Part shown: in pieces, positions 26,679 through 36,880 of the stretch | Layout of the letters: each line of letters starts with the position of its first letter | Numbering within the stretch: the stretch's first letter is position 1 | Assembly (NCBI GenBank): GCA_963756875.1 | Contig: CAVWPA010000001.1 | Span: 640,001 to 704,000, forward strand | DNA from: an uncultured Verrucomicrobiae bacterium | GTDB lineage: Bacteria > Verrucomicrobiota > Verrucomicrobiia > Chthoniobacterales > UBA10450 | Direction of reading: 5' to 3' | Length of the DNA stretch: 64,000 bases | Notes under the pieces: model-generated | What the model saw: only the letters and a program-made list of their open reading frames with translations | What the model was told of the DNA's origin: nothing | The model's database searches: none | Translations under genes and position numbers: made by a program

Positions 26679-29447
26679 CTATTGCGCTCCCTGCCCTAAC
26701 GCCGCGGCGTGCAGATGTTTCTGCAGGGCCACGATCCTGTTTGGGTCTGTGATCTTGTTCCGCGTGGCCCCGTCTATCACATAGAAAGTATCCGTAGCCG
26801 CGCCATTCTGCGTGCTGACACGCGAAAGCACGATGTAAACGCCATTTGCGCCAAGACTCGAGAGCAAGTCGTAAAGCAACCCAAGGCGATCGGGAGTTTG
26901 AATTTGGACCAGCGTGTAAGCCGGATGCGCTCTGTTGTCCACCGCGATAGTCGTTGGAAATTCCAGCCCCTGCAATGGCTGGCTGCGGATCTCTCGTCGC
27001 GCCGCCTCAATCAACGGATAAAAATCAAAATTCGATTCTTCCAGTGCCCGGCGCAGAGTATTTTCAACCAGCTCAAAATCTCGCTCGCTGGTCACGGCAT
27101 GCCCCTTTGTGTCGCAGACCCGGAAGAGATCGAGCACGGAATGATCGCCGCGCGTGAAAATGTCGGCGCTAAGGATGTTGAGCGGAACGACCGAAAACGA
27201 TCCGGCAATTTTTGCAAGCAACTGCTGCCGGTCCCATGTGCAGAAGGAAGCAATGGTGTGGCCCTGCTCCGGAAACGGTTCCCATTTGGTGACCGGAAGC
27301 AGCGGATGTTCGCTCTCGGTCGCATTCTCAATAAACAAACGAAACAGCTTTACATGTTTAACGACATCCGGGACGCGCGATGCGTGGAAATAATTGTCTG
27401 GCATGAAATCAAAGTGCGCTTCGATTTCACCCGCGTAGTCCGCCGGAAGTTGCGCTGCCACTGCGGCCCGCAAGGTATCGCGCTCAATCTTAATTTGCTC
27501 GTAATAGGCTTTTCGATCCCCCAGATAGCGGGAAGTGGCGTAGAAAAGCTGCCAGACCAGCGATTCTTTCCAGTCGGACCAGCTCTGGCCGCTCGTCCCC
27601 TGGCCATCCGCCAACGTGAGAAGAAGTAGAAAGTTTAGATTTTTCTGGTTTTTGATGATGCTTGCGAATTCTCCCACTGTCGCCGGATCGTCGATATTAC
27701 GCTGCTGGGCCATGCTCGAGAGCGTGACGTGGTGATCGACCAGCAGAACGAGCGACTTGCTTTGTTCGGACGAGAGTTGAAGCCGGCTGGCCACGCGTTG
27801 TGCGAAGAGAGCGCTCGCTTCCGAATGCGGCCGGGCGCCGACCGCTCGGCCCGTATCGTGAAGTAACAGCGCAAGATATAGCACAAGCGGATCCTCTACT
27901 TCTTCGAAAAGACGACGGTACCCGCTTAACTTGGCATCGTCGGTGCGAGCAAGGGCATCAAGTTTGTCGATACACAGCAGCGTATGCTCGTCGGCAGTAT
28001 AGCGATGGAAGAATTCGTGCTGAACAAGGCATGTTAGCTGGCCAAATTCCGGGATGTAACGGCCTAAAAAATCAACGCGGTGCATCATGCGAAGAACCCG
28101 GCCGACATCTCCTTTTCGCAACAGGATCGCCTTGAAGATTTCGCGCGGCTCCTTCGCGTACCGGTAGAAACGAGTGATCTGACCCAGATGCCGGCTCATC
28201 AAATCCATCAGTTCCGCGCTCAGATCTACCTCGCGTTCCTGTGCGATCTGAAACGCATGCATCATTTGCAACGGGCTCTCCTTAAAAAGGTCTCGCCGAT
28301 CGGTATGGAGTTGGCGGTCACGAATAAAAAAGGGTCCCACCCGTGTCCGGGCGGCGCTGCGTCGCAACGGCAGGAAACTAAAGAGCGAACGGGTGCGGCC
28401 GGTCGTGTACCCGCGGGCGAATTGGTCGGTGATTCGCTCGGTCACGCGGAAGATGTTTCGTGTGTGTTCGTAATAATCGCGCATCAGAGCTTCGCTTCGC
28501 AGCTGCCCGCCTTTTTTCGGGTAATTGAGACGCTGGGCAATCTGTTCCTGCATGTTCAGGTGTAAGACATCGGTTGCCCGGCCGGTCGCGTAATGGAGGT
28601 CAGTGCGGACGCGCAACAGAAAGTCGTACGCCCGCTCGATCCGCCGTTGATCCGATTCGCTTAACCAATCCTTGCCCACCAGGTGAGTGGTGGTGAGCGC
28701 GCCCTCTTTGAAATAAGACATCCAAAGCAGGTTCTGGTAGTCGCGTAAACCTCCGCATCCGTTCTTCAGATGCGGCTCCTGCATATAAACGCTGTCGCCG
28801 AATTTGCTGTGACGCGCCGCCTGGTCTCGCATCCGCATCTCCACGTATTCGCGTTCGAAGCCCTCGACACATTTGAGCCGAAATTGCTTGCGAAAATCGT
28901 CCGCCATCCCAGGCTCGCCCGCGATATGGCGCGACTCCAGCATCGCGGTTTTCGTTTGCATGTCGCGATTTGCCTGCGCGATGGCTTCCTTAATGGATCG
29001 TGTGGAGTGGCCTACCTTGAATCCGATGTCCCAAAGCAGATAGAGAATTTGTTCCGCCATTTCCTCGATGTAAGGCGAGATTTTCCCGCCGTTGCCGCCG
29101 TGCAGTAACATGAAATCCACATCGCTGAATGGATTGAGCTCGCCGCGGCCATAACCACCAAGCGCGATGAGCGTCAGCGGGGTTTCCGTTAGTCCCAGCG
29201 CTTGGCCCGTGGCGGCCGCCGCCGCGGCGAAAATATGACGCAGAAGAACATCAACCAGGTCCACCCGGCGCGCGCAAATTTCGCGGCCTCCTCCACCGGC
29301 CCGATGTTTCAAAAGCAAACGGTGCTCTTCGATCTTGAGGAATTTTTTGTAAATCGGCAGGACCTCGGTAGGTCGCTGCGCACCCGAGATCGAGAGTTGT
29401 TCTTCTGCGTGCGCCAGAACCTGTTCCAGATGTCGAGACTTCGGCAT
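26679..29447 (-). CDS. glnD: Bifunctional PII uridylyltransferase/uridylyl-removing enzyme
   Basis: ALGGYGRGELNPFSDVD, KNGCGGLRD, HRYTADEH, LLHDTG (HD), two C-terminal ACT domains (DRLGLL). Confidence 0.95.
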   Translation of the reverse strand: MPKSRHLEQVLAHAEEQLSISGAQRPTEVLPIYKKFLKIEEHRLLLKHRAGGGGREICARRVDLVDVLLRHIFAAAAAATGQALGLTETPLTLIALGGYGRGELNPFSDVDFMLLHGGNGGKISPYIEEMAEQILYLLWDIGFKVGHSTRSIKEAIAQANRDMQTKTAMLESRHIAGEPGMADDFRKQFRLKCVEGFEREYVEMRMRDQAARHSKFGDSVYMQEPHLKNGCGGLRDYQNLLWMSYFKEGALTTTHLVGKDWLSESDQRRIERAYDFLLRVRTDLHYATGRATDVLHLNMQEQIAQRLNYPKKGGQLRSEALMRDYYEHTRNIFRVTERITDQFARGYTTGRTRSLFSFLPLRRSAARTRVGPFFIRDRQLHTDRRDLFKESPLQMMHAFQIAQEREVDLSAELMDLMSRHLGQITRFYRYAKEPREIFKAILLRKGDVGRVLRMMHRVDFLGRYIPEFGQLTCLVQHEFFHRYTADEHTLLCIDKLDALARTDDAKLSGYRRLFEEVEDPLVLYLALLLHDTGRAVGARPHSEASALFAQRVASRLQLSSEQSKSLVLLVDHHVTLSSMAQQRNIDDPATVGEFASIIKNQKNLNFLLLLTLADGQGTSGQSWSDWKESLVWQLFYATSRYLGDRKAYYEQIKIERDTLRAAVAAQLPADYAGEIEAHFDFMPDNYFHASRVPDVVKHVKLFRLFIENATESEHPLLPVTKWEPFPEQGHTIASFCTWDRQQLLAKIAGSFSVVPLNILSADIFTRGDHSVLDLFRVCDTKGHAVTSERDFELVENTLRRALEESNFDFYPLIEAARREIRSQPLQGLEFPTTIAVDNRAHPAYTLVQIQTPDRLGLLYDLLSSLGANGVYIVLSRVSTQNGAATDTFYVIDGATRNKITDPNRIVALQKHLHAAALGQGAQ

Positions 29448-29639
29448 TACGGATTACGGATTACGGATTGCACTGCCACCCAATCTAAAAGCGAAAACCC
29501 AAAATCCAAAATGGTACTCGGACCTCCGAATAACTTCTGTGCCCTCGGTGTCGCTCGGGAACGTTAGGGGAACGCACGCGCCTCGCGTGCGATGCCAGTC
29601 CGGATCGGACTTGCGACGCCATCGCCGCAATGCGAGGGG

Positions 29640-29789
29640 GTAGAGATCGATCGCGTAACGCTTCAACTTGTTATAAAGCGTTCGGCCGTCTCCGTGACGT
29701 AAACCATGCCTGCTCAAAAGCGCCTCGAGCGTCAGCAGAATGGGGCACTCATCGTCGATGATCAGGATCCGGTGATTCTCTTTCCTCAT
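29640..29789 (-). pseudogene. Internally deleted NtrC-family response regulator (receiver start fused to Fis-HTH end)
   Basis: MRKENHRILIIDDECPILLTLEALLSRHG joined within a few codons to RTLYNKLKRYAI. Confidence 0.7.
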
Positions 29790-30490
29790 GAGGAATGGCG
29801 TTCGTTAGACAACGGCAATGTCACCGTCGTAAGCAGCGCCGATGCCGCCGCGTCGTACTCAGCGTCCAATTTGCCTCCGTGCGCTTCGATGATCGCGCGT
29901 GCGCGGCTCAACCCGAGACCATAATGACCCTGGCTCACTTTGCGCAGCGGCTCGCGCCCCCAATTTTCCGTGCTCAAATCGAATCGCCTCTTTGGCTCGC
30001 GCAACGTGAATACAAGGCGGTCCTTGTCGATATGAGCTTTCACGGCTGGCGCCCCTTCACCCGGCTCGTGCTGAAACGCGTTTGCGAAAAGCTCCACGAA
30101 CGCTTGCAGCAACAGTTGCGGATCGATGTTCAAATCGGCGTCGCCGACTTGCATGTCCCAGGTGGTCGTCGCAGCCTCGCCGGCAAAATCATTTGTTACT
30201 CTATGTTTCAAATCGCCCAGGAAATCAGCCAAGTCATAGGAGATGAAAACAGGATTGACCTCGGCCAGCGCGCTGCTGAGACGTTGCAGGTTTGTGCCCA
30301 CTTGAGCGACCATCTCACGCAGTCGCTGGATTTCGCTTTTGAGCTCGGCATTCTCCGTGAGCTCACTGAGATAGGCGGATTGCAGTTCGACCGCGTTCAG
30401 ATTGTTTCGAAGATCGTGATTCAACTGCCGAACAAACCGAACCATGTCGCTCCAGGCAATATCTCGATTTTGCGAAGGCAATGTTGCCAT
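29786..30490 (-). CDS. Short sensor-less histidine kinase-like protein (HisKA + degenerate HATPase)
   Basis: QLNHDLRNNL (H box), ELFANAFQH (N box), GLGL (G2); D/G1 box not recognisable. Confidence 0.75.
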   Translation of the reverse strand: MATLPSQNRDIAWSDMVRFVRQLNHDLRNNLNAVELQSAYLSELTENAELKSEIQRLREMVAQVGTNLQRLSSALAEVNPVFISYDLADFLGDLKHRVTNDFAGEAATTTWDMQVGDADLNIDPQLLLQAFVELFANAFQHEPGEGAPAVKAHIDKDRLVFTLREPKRRFDLSTENWGREPLRKVSQGHYGLGLSRARAIIEAHGGKLDAEYDAAASALLTTVTLPLSNERHSS

Positions 30491-30505
30491 ATTCAGGGGT
30501 AATTT

Positions 30506-32086
30506 CTATTGGTCTGCCAGCGAAAATCGATCTTCCACCGGCTGGTCGCCTGTAGACACCTCGACCCGCGGATCGTTGGCGGCCAGGTGGCGCAGCGTGT
30601 GAAACACATCTTCGGGATCGGCATCGATGGCGCGGGCGATTTCCTCCGCGGTCTGGCCGGCGCCGGACGAAAGTTTCTCGCGCACTCGTGCCTGGAGCTG
30701 CAACAGCTTTGTCGCCGCCTTTTTCCCGGCTTCCACTCCCGGTTGATGATACGCGTTGATATTCACCAGCGATCCATAAAAGCCGACTGCCCGTTCGTAC
30801 AGCGCGATTAACGCGCCGATGTTAAACGCATCGACCTCCGGAATGCCCACCGTGATCGATTCGCGTCCCTTTTCGTAAAGCGCCGCGCGCGTGCCACGTA
30901 AAAATCCGTGCAAATAATCGCCGCTGGTGACTCCTTTTTCCACTTCGAACCGGCCCGCGCTGCGGTCTTTGTTTACTTCGATGAAGGTCACAAAAAAATT
31001 GAGAACGCCATCGCGCAATTGTTGCACATAGGCGTGCTGGTCCGTTGAGCCTTTGTTGCCGTAAACAGCGATCCCCTGGTGCACAACCTTTCCGTCGAGA
31101 TCCTTTTCCTTGCCTAACGACTCCATAACGAGCTGCTGCAGGTATCTGCTGAACAACAGGAGCCGATCTTTATAAGGCAGGATCACCATGTCTTTTTCAC
31201 CCTTGCCGTTCCCGGCGTAAAACCACATCAACGCCAGCAGCATCGCTGCATTCTCCATCACATCGGTCGCGCGAGTGTGTTCATCCATCGCGGCCGCGCC
31301 GGCAAGAAAATTGTCGATCTCGAAACCTTGCAAGGCCATGGACACCAATCCAACGGGGCTCATCACCGACGTTCTGCCGCCTACCCAGTCGTGCATGGGA
31401 AAATGAGCCAGCCATCCATTTTTCTCCGCGTATTTGTCCAGGTCGCTTCCAACTCCCGTTACCGCAACGGCCTGTTTGGTAAAATCAATTCCCCTTTGTT
31501 TGAATCGCGCCGCCGCTTCCAGCATTCCATTGTGCGTCTCTTTGGTGCCCCCCGACTTCGAGATCACAACGACAAGTGTCTGGGCGAGCCCGTTCCCGAT
31601 CTTGTCGAAGACGCGATCGAATCCGTTGGGATCGGTATTGTCGAAGAAGTAAATATCCATCGGGTCGCCTGACGCTCCGAGCGCTTCGGAGACGAATTGC
31701 GGTCCCAGCGCCGAACCGCCAATTCCGATCGACAAAATGTGAGTAAATTTATTCCCGTCGGCTGCCGCGATCTTTCCTGCGTGCACGTCGGCCGCGAATT
31801 TCTTTATGCGCGCGTTGGTTTCTTCGATCTCGGCGCGCAATTGCGCATTCGGCGCAAGTGCCGGGTTGCGCAGCCAGTAATGACCAACCATTCGCTGTTC
31901 GTCCGGGTTGGCGATTGCGCCGGCCTCCAGTTCCCGCATCGCCGCGAATGCCTTCTCGATCTTTGGCCGCATTGTTTCGAAGAAATCGTCCGGAAATTTC
32001 ATCCGGCTGATATCGATCGAAAAATCGAGGTCCTCGTAATGCAAAAAATACCGCTGGAACCGGGACCAAAGCGAAGAAAACGCCAT
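30506..32086 (-). CDS. pgi: Glucose-6-phosphate isomerase
   Basis: [54 protein letters not shown]. Confidence 0.96.
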   Translation of the reverse strand: MAFSSLWSRFQRYFLHYEDLDFSIDISRMKFPDDFFETMRPKIEKAFAAMRELEAGAIANPDEQRMVGHYWLRNPALAPNAQLRAEIEETNARIKKFAADVHAGKIAAADGNKFTHILSIGIGGSALGPQFVSEALGASGDPMDIYFFDNTDPNGFDRVFDKIGNGLAQTLVVVISKSGGTKETHNGMLEAAARFKQRGIDFTKQAVAVTGVGSDLDKYAEKNGWLAHFPMHDWVGGRTSVMSPVGLVSMALQGFEIDNFLAGAAAMDEHTRATDVMENAAMLLALMWFYAGNGKGEKDMVILPYKDRLLLFSRYLQQLVMESLGKEKDLDGKVVHQGIAVYGNKGSTDQHAYVQQLRDGVLNFFVTFIEVNKDRSAGRFEVEKGVTSGDYLHGFLRGTRAALYEKGRESITVGIPEVDAFNIGALIALYERAVGFYGSLVNINAYHQPGVEAGKKAATKLLQLQARVREKLSSGAGQTAEEIARAIDADPEDVFHTLRHLAANDPRVEVSTGDQPVEDRFSLADQ

Positions 32087-32143
32087 GAGGCGAATTGTAG
32101 GCCGTCTGTGTCAGACGGCAATAACTCGCTGCTGCCCTGTTGC

Positions 32144-32203
32144 TGGAGGGACGACCGCTGTGTCGTCCCATTAATTTCGGGGACGGGACAGCGCCCGTCC
32201 TTC
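32144..32203. repeat. REP double hairpin downstream of RAYT
   Basis: GGGACGACCGCTGTGTCGTCCC-ATTAATTTC-GGGGACGGGACAGCGCCCGTCC. Confidence 0.8.
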
Positions 32204-32205
32204 CG

Positions 32206-32676
32206 TTACCATTGCAAAATATTTAACTCGCCTTGATAAGGCCAGTCTCCGGAACGGTCGGTCAGCCCGGCACGAACGGGGTTTTGTTCGACATATTCCC
32301 ATTTGTCCCGGTAATTTTCGTCTCGCCGCAATTGCGTGTCCCAAAAATGTCGCTGCCAGATCGGCGCGTCCTCGCGCTGCGCCCAATGCCGCGCCGCGTG
32401 CGATTTCCAAAGAGCTACCCATTGCATTAAGGGTTTGGGAACCAAGTCAGCCGGCGCGCAAAAGAGATGGATGTGATCGGGCATAATCATATACCTTCCG
32501 ACAAGCCAGGACCGCGCATCAACCCATCCTCCTCGCAAGAGTTCGTGGGCCGCGCGGTTTGCAAAAATCGGCTTACGATGTTTTGCGCAAACCGTTAGAA
32601 AAACGATGATCGGCGTGTTATGACGCTGCCGGACCGGCGAATGCGCCGGATGTCTGCGGCCAGCGTTTTCTTCCAT
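32206..32676 (-). mobile_element. REP-associated tyrosine transposase (RAYT, Y1/HUH family)
   Basis: FLTVC, YMIMPDHIHLF (HUH), WQRHFWD, YVEQNPVRAGL, WPY; flanked by near-identical REP copies. Confidence 0.9.
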
Positions 32677-32683
32677 TCTCGTT

Positions 32684-32737
32684 ACGACCGCTATGTCGTC
32701 CCATTAATTTCAGGGACGGGACAGCGCCCGTCCCTCC
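32684..32737. repeat. REP double hairpin upstream of RAYT (direct copy of 32150-32203)
   Basis: ACGACCGCTATGTCGTCCCATTAATTTCAGGGACGGGACAGCGCCCGTCCCTCC. Confidence 0.8.
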
Positions 32738-32741
32738 TGAG

Positions 32742-34052
32742 CTACATATGCTCGATGACATTCGTTCCAAATTCGCTACACTTGATCTCGGTCGCGCCTT
32801 CCATCAGTCGCGCGAAATCGTAGGTGACGCGCTTGCTCGCGATCGCGCCGTCCAGTCCTTTTAGAATGAGATCCGCCGCTTCGGTCCAGCCCATGTAACG
32901 GAACATCATTTCCCCCGACAAAATCACGGAGCCGGGATTCACCTTGTCCTTGTTCGCATACTTCGGCGCGGTGCCGTGCGTTGCCTCGAAAATCGCGTGC
33001 CCGGTGATGTAATTAATGTTGCCGCCGGGCGCGATGCCGATGCCGCCCACCTGCGCAGCCAGCGCGTCGCTCAGGTAATCGCCATTGAGATTCAGCGTCG
33101 CGATCACGTCGAAATCCTCGGGCCGGGTCAGCACTTGTTGCAGCGTGATGTCGGCAATCGCGTCCTTGATCACAATACCGGCGCCCGGTTTGCCTTTCGG
33201 AATCTGGCACCACGGTCCGCCGTCGATTTCTTCCGCCCCGAAATAATTTTTCGCGGTTTCGTAGCCCCAATCGCGAAAGGCGCCTTCGGTGAACTTCATG
33301 ATGTTGCCCTTGTGCACAATTGTGACGCTTTTGCGCTTGTTCTGAATCGCGTACGAAATAGCGCTGTGAATCAAACGAATGCTCCCGGAGCGGCTGACCG
33401 GCTTCAACCCGAGCCCGACCATCACGTCGCTTTTTTCCGGTGCGCCGACTTTCTTCCAAAACTCGGCCGCTTTCTCGCGTGTGCCGAACCGAATTTTGCT
33501 GAACTGTTTTGGAAATTCTTTGGCCAGGAAGTCCAGGATCTTTTGCGATTCCGGCGTGCCTGCTGCCCACTCGATCCCGGCATAGATGTCCTCGGTGTTC
33601 TCGCGGAAGATCACCATTTCGATCTTCTCCGGGTGCTTTACAGGCGAGGGGACGCCCTTGAAGTAATGAATCGGGCGCAGGCAGACGAAAAGATCGAGAA
33701 GCTGCCGGAGCGCCACGTTGAGCGAGCTAATGCCTCCGCCCACCGGCGTGGTCAGCGGACCTTTGATTCCTACCAGATATTCGCGGAACGCCTGGACCGT
33801 GTCGTCGGGCAACCAGCTGTCGAATTTGTCCTTGGCCGACTGGCCCGCGAACACTTCGAACCACGAAATTTTCTTTTTACCGCCGTACGCCTTTTCCACC
33901 GCGGCATCGAAAACGCGCACGCCGGCCGCCCAAATGTCCGGCCCCGTCCCGTCGCCCCGAATAAACGGAATCACCGGCCGATCCGGCACTTTCAATGTTT
34001 GATCGCGTGTAATTTTCTCGCCTGCTGGCGGTGTAACATCTTTGTACGGCAT
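32742..34052 (-). CDS. icd: NADP-dependent isocitrate dehydrogenase
   Basis: [64 protein letters not shown]. Confidence 0.96.
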   Translation of the reverse strand: MPYKDVTPPAGEKITRDQTLKVPDRPVIPFIRGDGTGPDIWAAGVRVFDAAVEKAYGGKKKISWFEVFAGQSAKDKFDSWLPDDTVQAFREYLVGIKGPLTTPVGGGISSLNVALRQLLDLFVCLRPIHYFKGVPSPVKHPEKIEMVIFRENTEDIYAGIEWAAGTPESQKILDFLAKEFPKQFSKIRFGTREKAAEFWKKVGAPEKSDVMVGLGLKPVSRSGSIRLIHSAISYAIQNKRKSVTIVHKGNIMKFTEGAFRDWGYETAKNYFGAEEIDGGPWCQIPKGKPGAGIVIKDAIADITLQQVLTRPEDFDVIATLNLNGDYLSDALAAQVGGIGIAPGGNINYITGHAIFEATHGTAPKYANKDKVNPGSVILSGEMMFRYMGWTEAADLILKGLDGAIASKRVTYDFARLMEGATEIKCSEFGTNVIEHM

Positions 34053-34062
34053 AGGGGATCAC

Positions 34063-34500
34063 TGTAGCGGCAGGCGTGTCGCCTGCAATCCTCTGTAGCG
34101 GCGGTCTACCTGTCGCGCCGTAGCCTTGGCGAAGGCGGATGACCGTCGCATTTAACCGCGGATGACGCTGGATGTTCTCTGACCAAAGGGCAACGAGACG
34201 ACAGGGCAACGAGACAACCGACCACAGCGCCGGTTTGGGAATTGTAGGGCAACCGCATCGGTTGCCATGTTTTGGTTTGGCAAGCGGAGCGCGTGCCCTA
34301 CAACGGCAGGCGTCGCCTGCAATCTCCTGTAGCGGCGGTCTCGCCATAGAGGGCGAAGGGCGAAGGGCGAAGGGGTAAGGGCTAAGCGGCAAGGGGTTCG
34401 CCGGCAAGGGCCAAGGGGCAAGCGCATAGGGCGACAAGACCACAGGACGATAGGAGCATCGGAGCTTTCACAAAAGGTAACGAAGGCAACGAAGTAGCCC
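34063..34500. repeat. Cluster of TGTAG-initiated REP-like hairpins and 7-nt AAGGGCG repeats
   Basis: TGTAGCGGCAGGCGTGTCGCCTGC, TGTAGCGGCGGTC (x2), TGTAGGGCAACCGCATCGGTTGCC, CGCCGTAGCCTTGGCGAAGGCGG, (GAAGGGC)n. Confidence 0.7.
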
Positions 34501-34586
34501 CAGAATCCAGGACCTCTTCTTCTTCCAATCCGCAATCCGCACTCGGCAATCGATTCCCCCTTAGCCCTTCCCTCTTACCGCTTTGC

Positions 34587-34745
34587 TCAATACGTGACCC
34601 AGCCGCCGCGCTTCCGGTTGCGTCGTTTGCGCAAGTAGATCCGCAAACGAAATACAACGATGAGCAAAAAAGCAACGACGCCAACGACTGCCAGCACCTG
34701 AAGAAGCGGGTCGAGTCCTGTGAACGCGTCAAATAAACCAAACAT
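34587..34745 (-). CDS. Small single-pass membrane protein (52 aa), not in the ORF track
   Basis: TAAGGA RBS; MFGLFDAFTGLDPLLQVLAVVGVVAFLLIVVFRLRIYLRKRRNRKRGGWVTY. Confidence 0.6.
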   Translation of the reverse strand: MFGLFDAFTGLDPLLQVLAVVGVVAFLLIVVFRLRIYLRKRRNRKRGGWVTY

Positions 34746-34886
34746 GGCGGTCCTTACAATCTACAGCAGATGAGCGTTGTGTGAAAGTCCTACGAGCGAG
34801 CAACCCGTAGCAAAATGAATTGTAGGGCAAGCGCATCGCTTGCCGCTCTTTTGCTTAGTGATGGCAGGCGGCCGCCTACGCCAAGG

Positions 34887-35654
34887 CTACGGCGCGCCGT
34901 GGAGCGCCCGCCGTACAAAACGCTCCTGCGACGTTTGAGCCTTCGCCGCCTGATAAACCAAGAACTCCGACATTCGTCGCGAGCGGAGCTGATAACCAAT
35001 AACTGCCAGCGCCAGCGCCGCAGCCAGCCACGTCGAAGGCTCGGGGACCGCTTCGACACTTCCGTTGAGTTGAACGTTTACAACGTTGCTGGCCGTATCA
35101 AAGCCGCCGGTCCCCGAGGTCCCGGTTGCGCCGTAACGCGTAGAAGACGGAACGTCGTGGCCGCCGTGATGTCAGATAGTCCCGAGATCGTAATGGTGTT
35201 CCCCGTTGTCAAGCTTGCGGACAGACCGGTGACCGATCCCAAATCGCTTCCAAAGGAATCAGCGGAGGATCGAAGGGTTAGCGATGAGGGTCCTGTGCTC
35301 GAGTGATCCCAAGAGAAGACAAACGATGATGGCGTAAACGCGAATCCCGAGTCCGGAGTAACGATGAACTGAATATAATCGTTTCCCGAGATCGAATTCG
35401 GATAGGCAGTCGGGTTCGAATCGCCTGTATCGAACCAGTTCGAGCCGCCGAATCGATTCGTATTAGCTGCGGCTGTTACGCCGGCTCCGAGGGTAAGATT
35501 AGTAGCGTCAATTCCTGCAGCGTTGAAGACGCTCGGGCTCGTTGTTTCGGTGCCAGCGTTGCCAAAAGTGTCCCATTGGAGCAGCTGCCCACGGACGACG
35601 GAAGTAGCCAATCCAATAAACTGTTAAACTAGCGTTAACGAGTTTTCTATTCAA
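34887..35654 (-). CDS. PEP-CTERM module C (frameshifted)
   Basis: ...VVRGQLLQWDTFGN..., DYIQFIVTP..., then after a frameshift AVPEPSTWLAAALALAVIGYQLRSRR. Confidence 0.7.
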
Positions 35655-36880
35655 AGTGAGAGTATCTGCCAGTATGCACGGGCGAATCGCCGCCGTTGCA
35701 TAAATCCAACTGCGCCCAGTGCGAGTAGACCGGCAACCCAAGTGCTCGGTTCTGGCACGGCTTGGACAAAGGTGGGCACGATTTCGCCATAATTGATCGT
35801 TGCGAAAGACGCGCCGCCACCGCCAAGGAGCGTCATACCACTATCGGAATAGAAGTTGATCTCGCCGAGCTGGTCGCGCTAAGGCCGGACATATCGATCC
35901 GAAAAGCTGATCGGTGCCACCGCCCGTCTGCCGGTGTGCCGGTCCAGTTCCAGAGTATCAACGTGCCGGTCCATGATTGCGTGTGGCTGTCAGCGAAATT
36001 GATGTGCTCTCGACCATTAGCAAGGTCGATGACGGAACTGCTCGTCAAACTCAGCGGTCCCATGCCTTGACCGAGCCTTTCTCGGAAAGACCGGCTGGTG
36101 TTGAATGTCCCGCCCGCCATGATCATGGTCGCGTTGTCATTGATATGGTTGGTCGTCGGCGCCATCGGCCAACTTCAGCGTGTACTGTTAATTGTAATGC
36201 TAGACGTTCCGCCCAAAGCGTTCGCCGCGCCCGCGACCAGGGTACCGCCGCTCACCGTTGTCGAGCCAGTGTATGTGTCCGCGCCACTAAAACAGCAGTG
36301 CCGGCTCCGGTTTTTGTGATCGAGCGAGCCCCGCCCGTTTCGCTAATCGCAACACCAATGCTAAGAGTGGCGCCTGGGTTCTCCACATCGACGTTTCCGC
36401 TCGTGCCGAAGAAAGTAGCTCAACTGTCCAGCGCCAGCGCCCGCATTAGGATTAAGGGTGAGCGTGTTGGTCGTCGCGCTCGTTCCCCCATCAAGAGAAG
36501 ATCGCCTGTAGCGCCCCCAGCTGCGATGGCTGCAGTGCTGCCACCGCCACCGCTCAGGGTAATCGTTCTGTTCGTCGACGTGCCCGTGTTAATAGTGATC
36601 GTCGAGCTGTTGTTGGTGTTCCAAATCAGATCCCCCCCACGTTTGGTTGTTGCTTGTGGTTGTAAATTGCGTCGGCAAGGTGGGTGATATGCTGGAATTA
36701 TCGAACAGCACCTCATCTGTTGTCACAGGAAGACCGTCAGGATTCCAATAAGTTGTATATACCCAAATTAAAGTTGGTAGCGCTGCCGTTGCCGTCCCAA
36801 GTCTTCGTTCCCGCCTGCGCGGATTGGCTGAGCCCGAGCGTTAACAATGTAGCAATCGCGAGGGTGCCGGTAAGAGAAAG
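35651..36880 (-). CDS. PEP-CTERM module B with autotransporter-associated beta-strand repeat (multiple frameshifts)
   Basis: Signal-like LAIATLLTLGLSQSAQA-GTKTWDG; ITKTGAGT..SGADTYTGSTTVSGGTL; GPLSLTSSSVIDL; QAVPEPSTWVAGLLALGAVGFMQRRR. Confidence 0.7.

Noticed and set aside
32976..34067. Long antisense ORFs (also 7313-8401, 20506-21474, 26709-27629, 43574-44971)
   Set aside because: They mirror well-supported genes on the opposite strand, a common effect of high GC codon bias.
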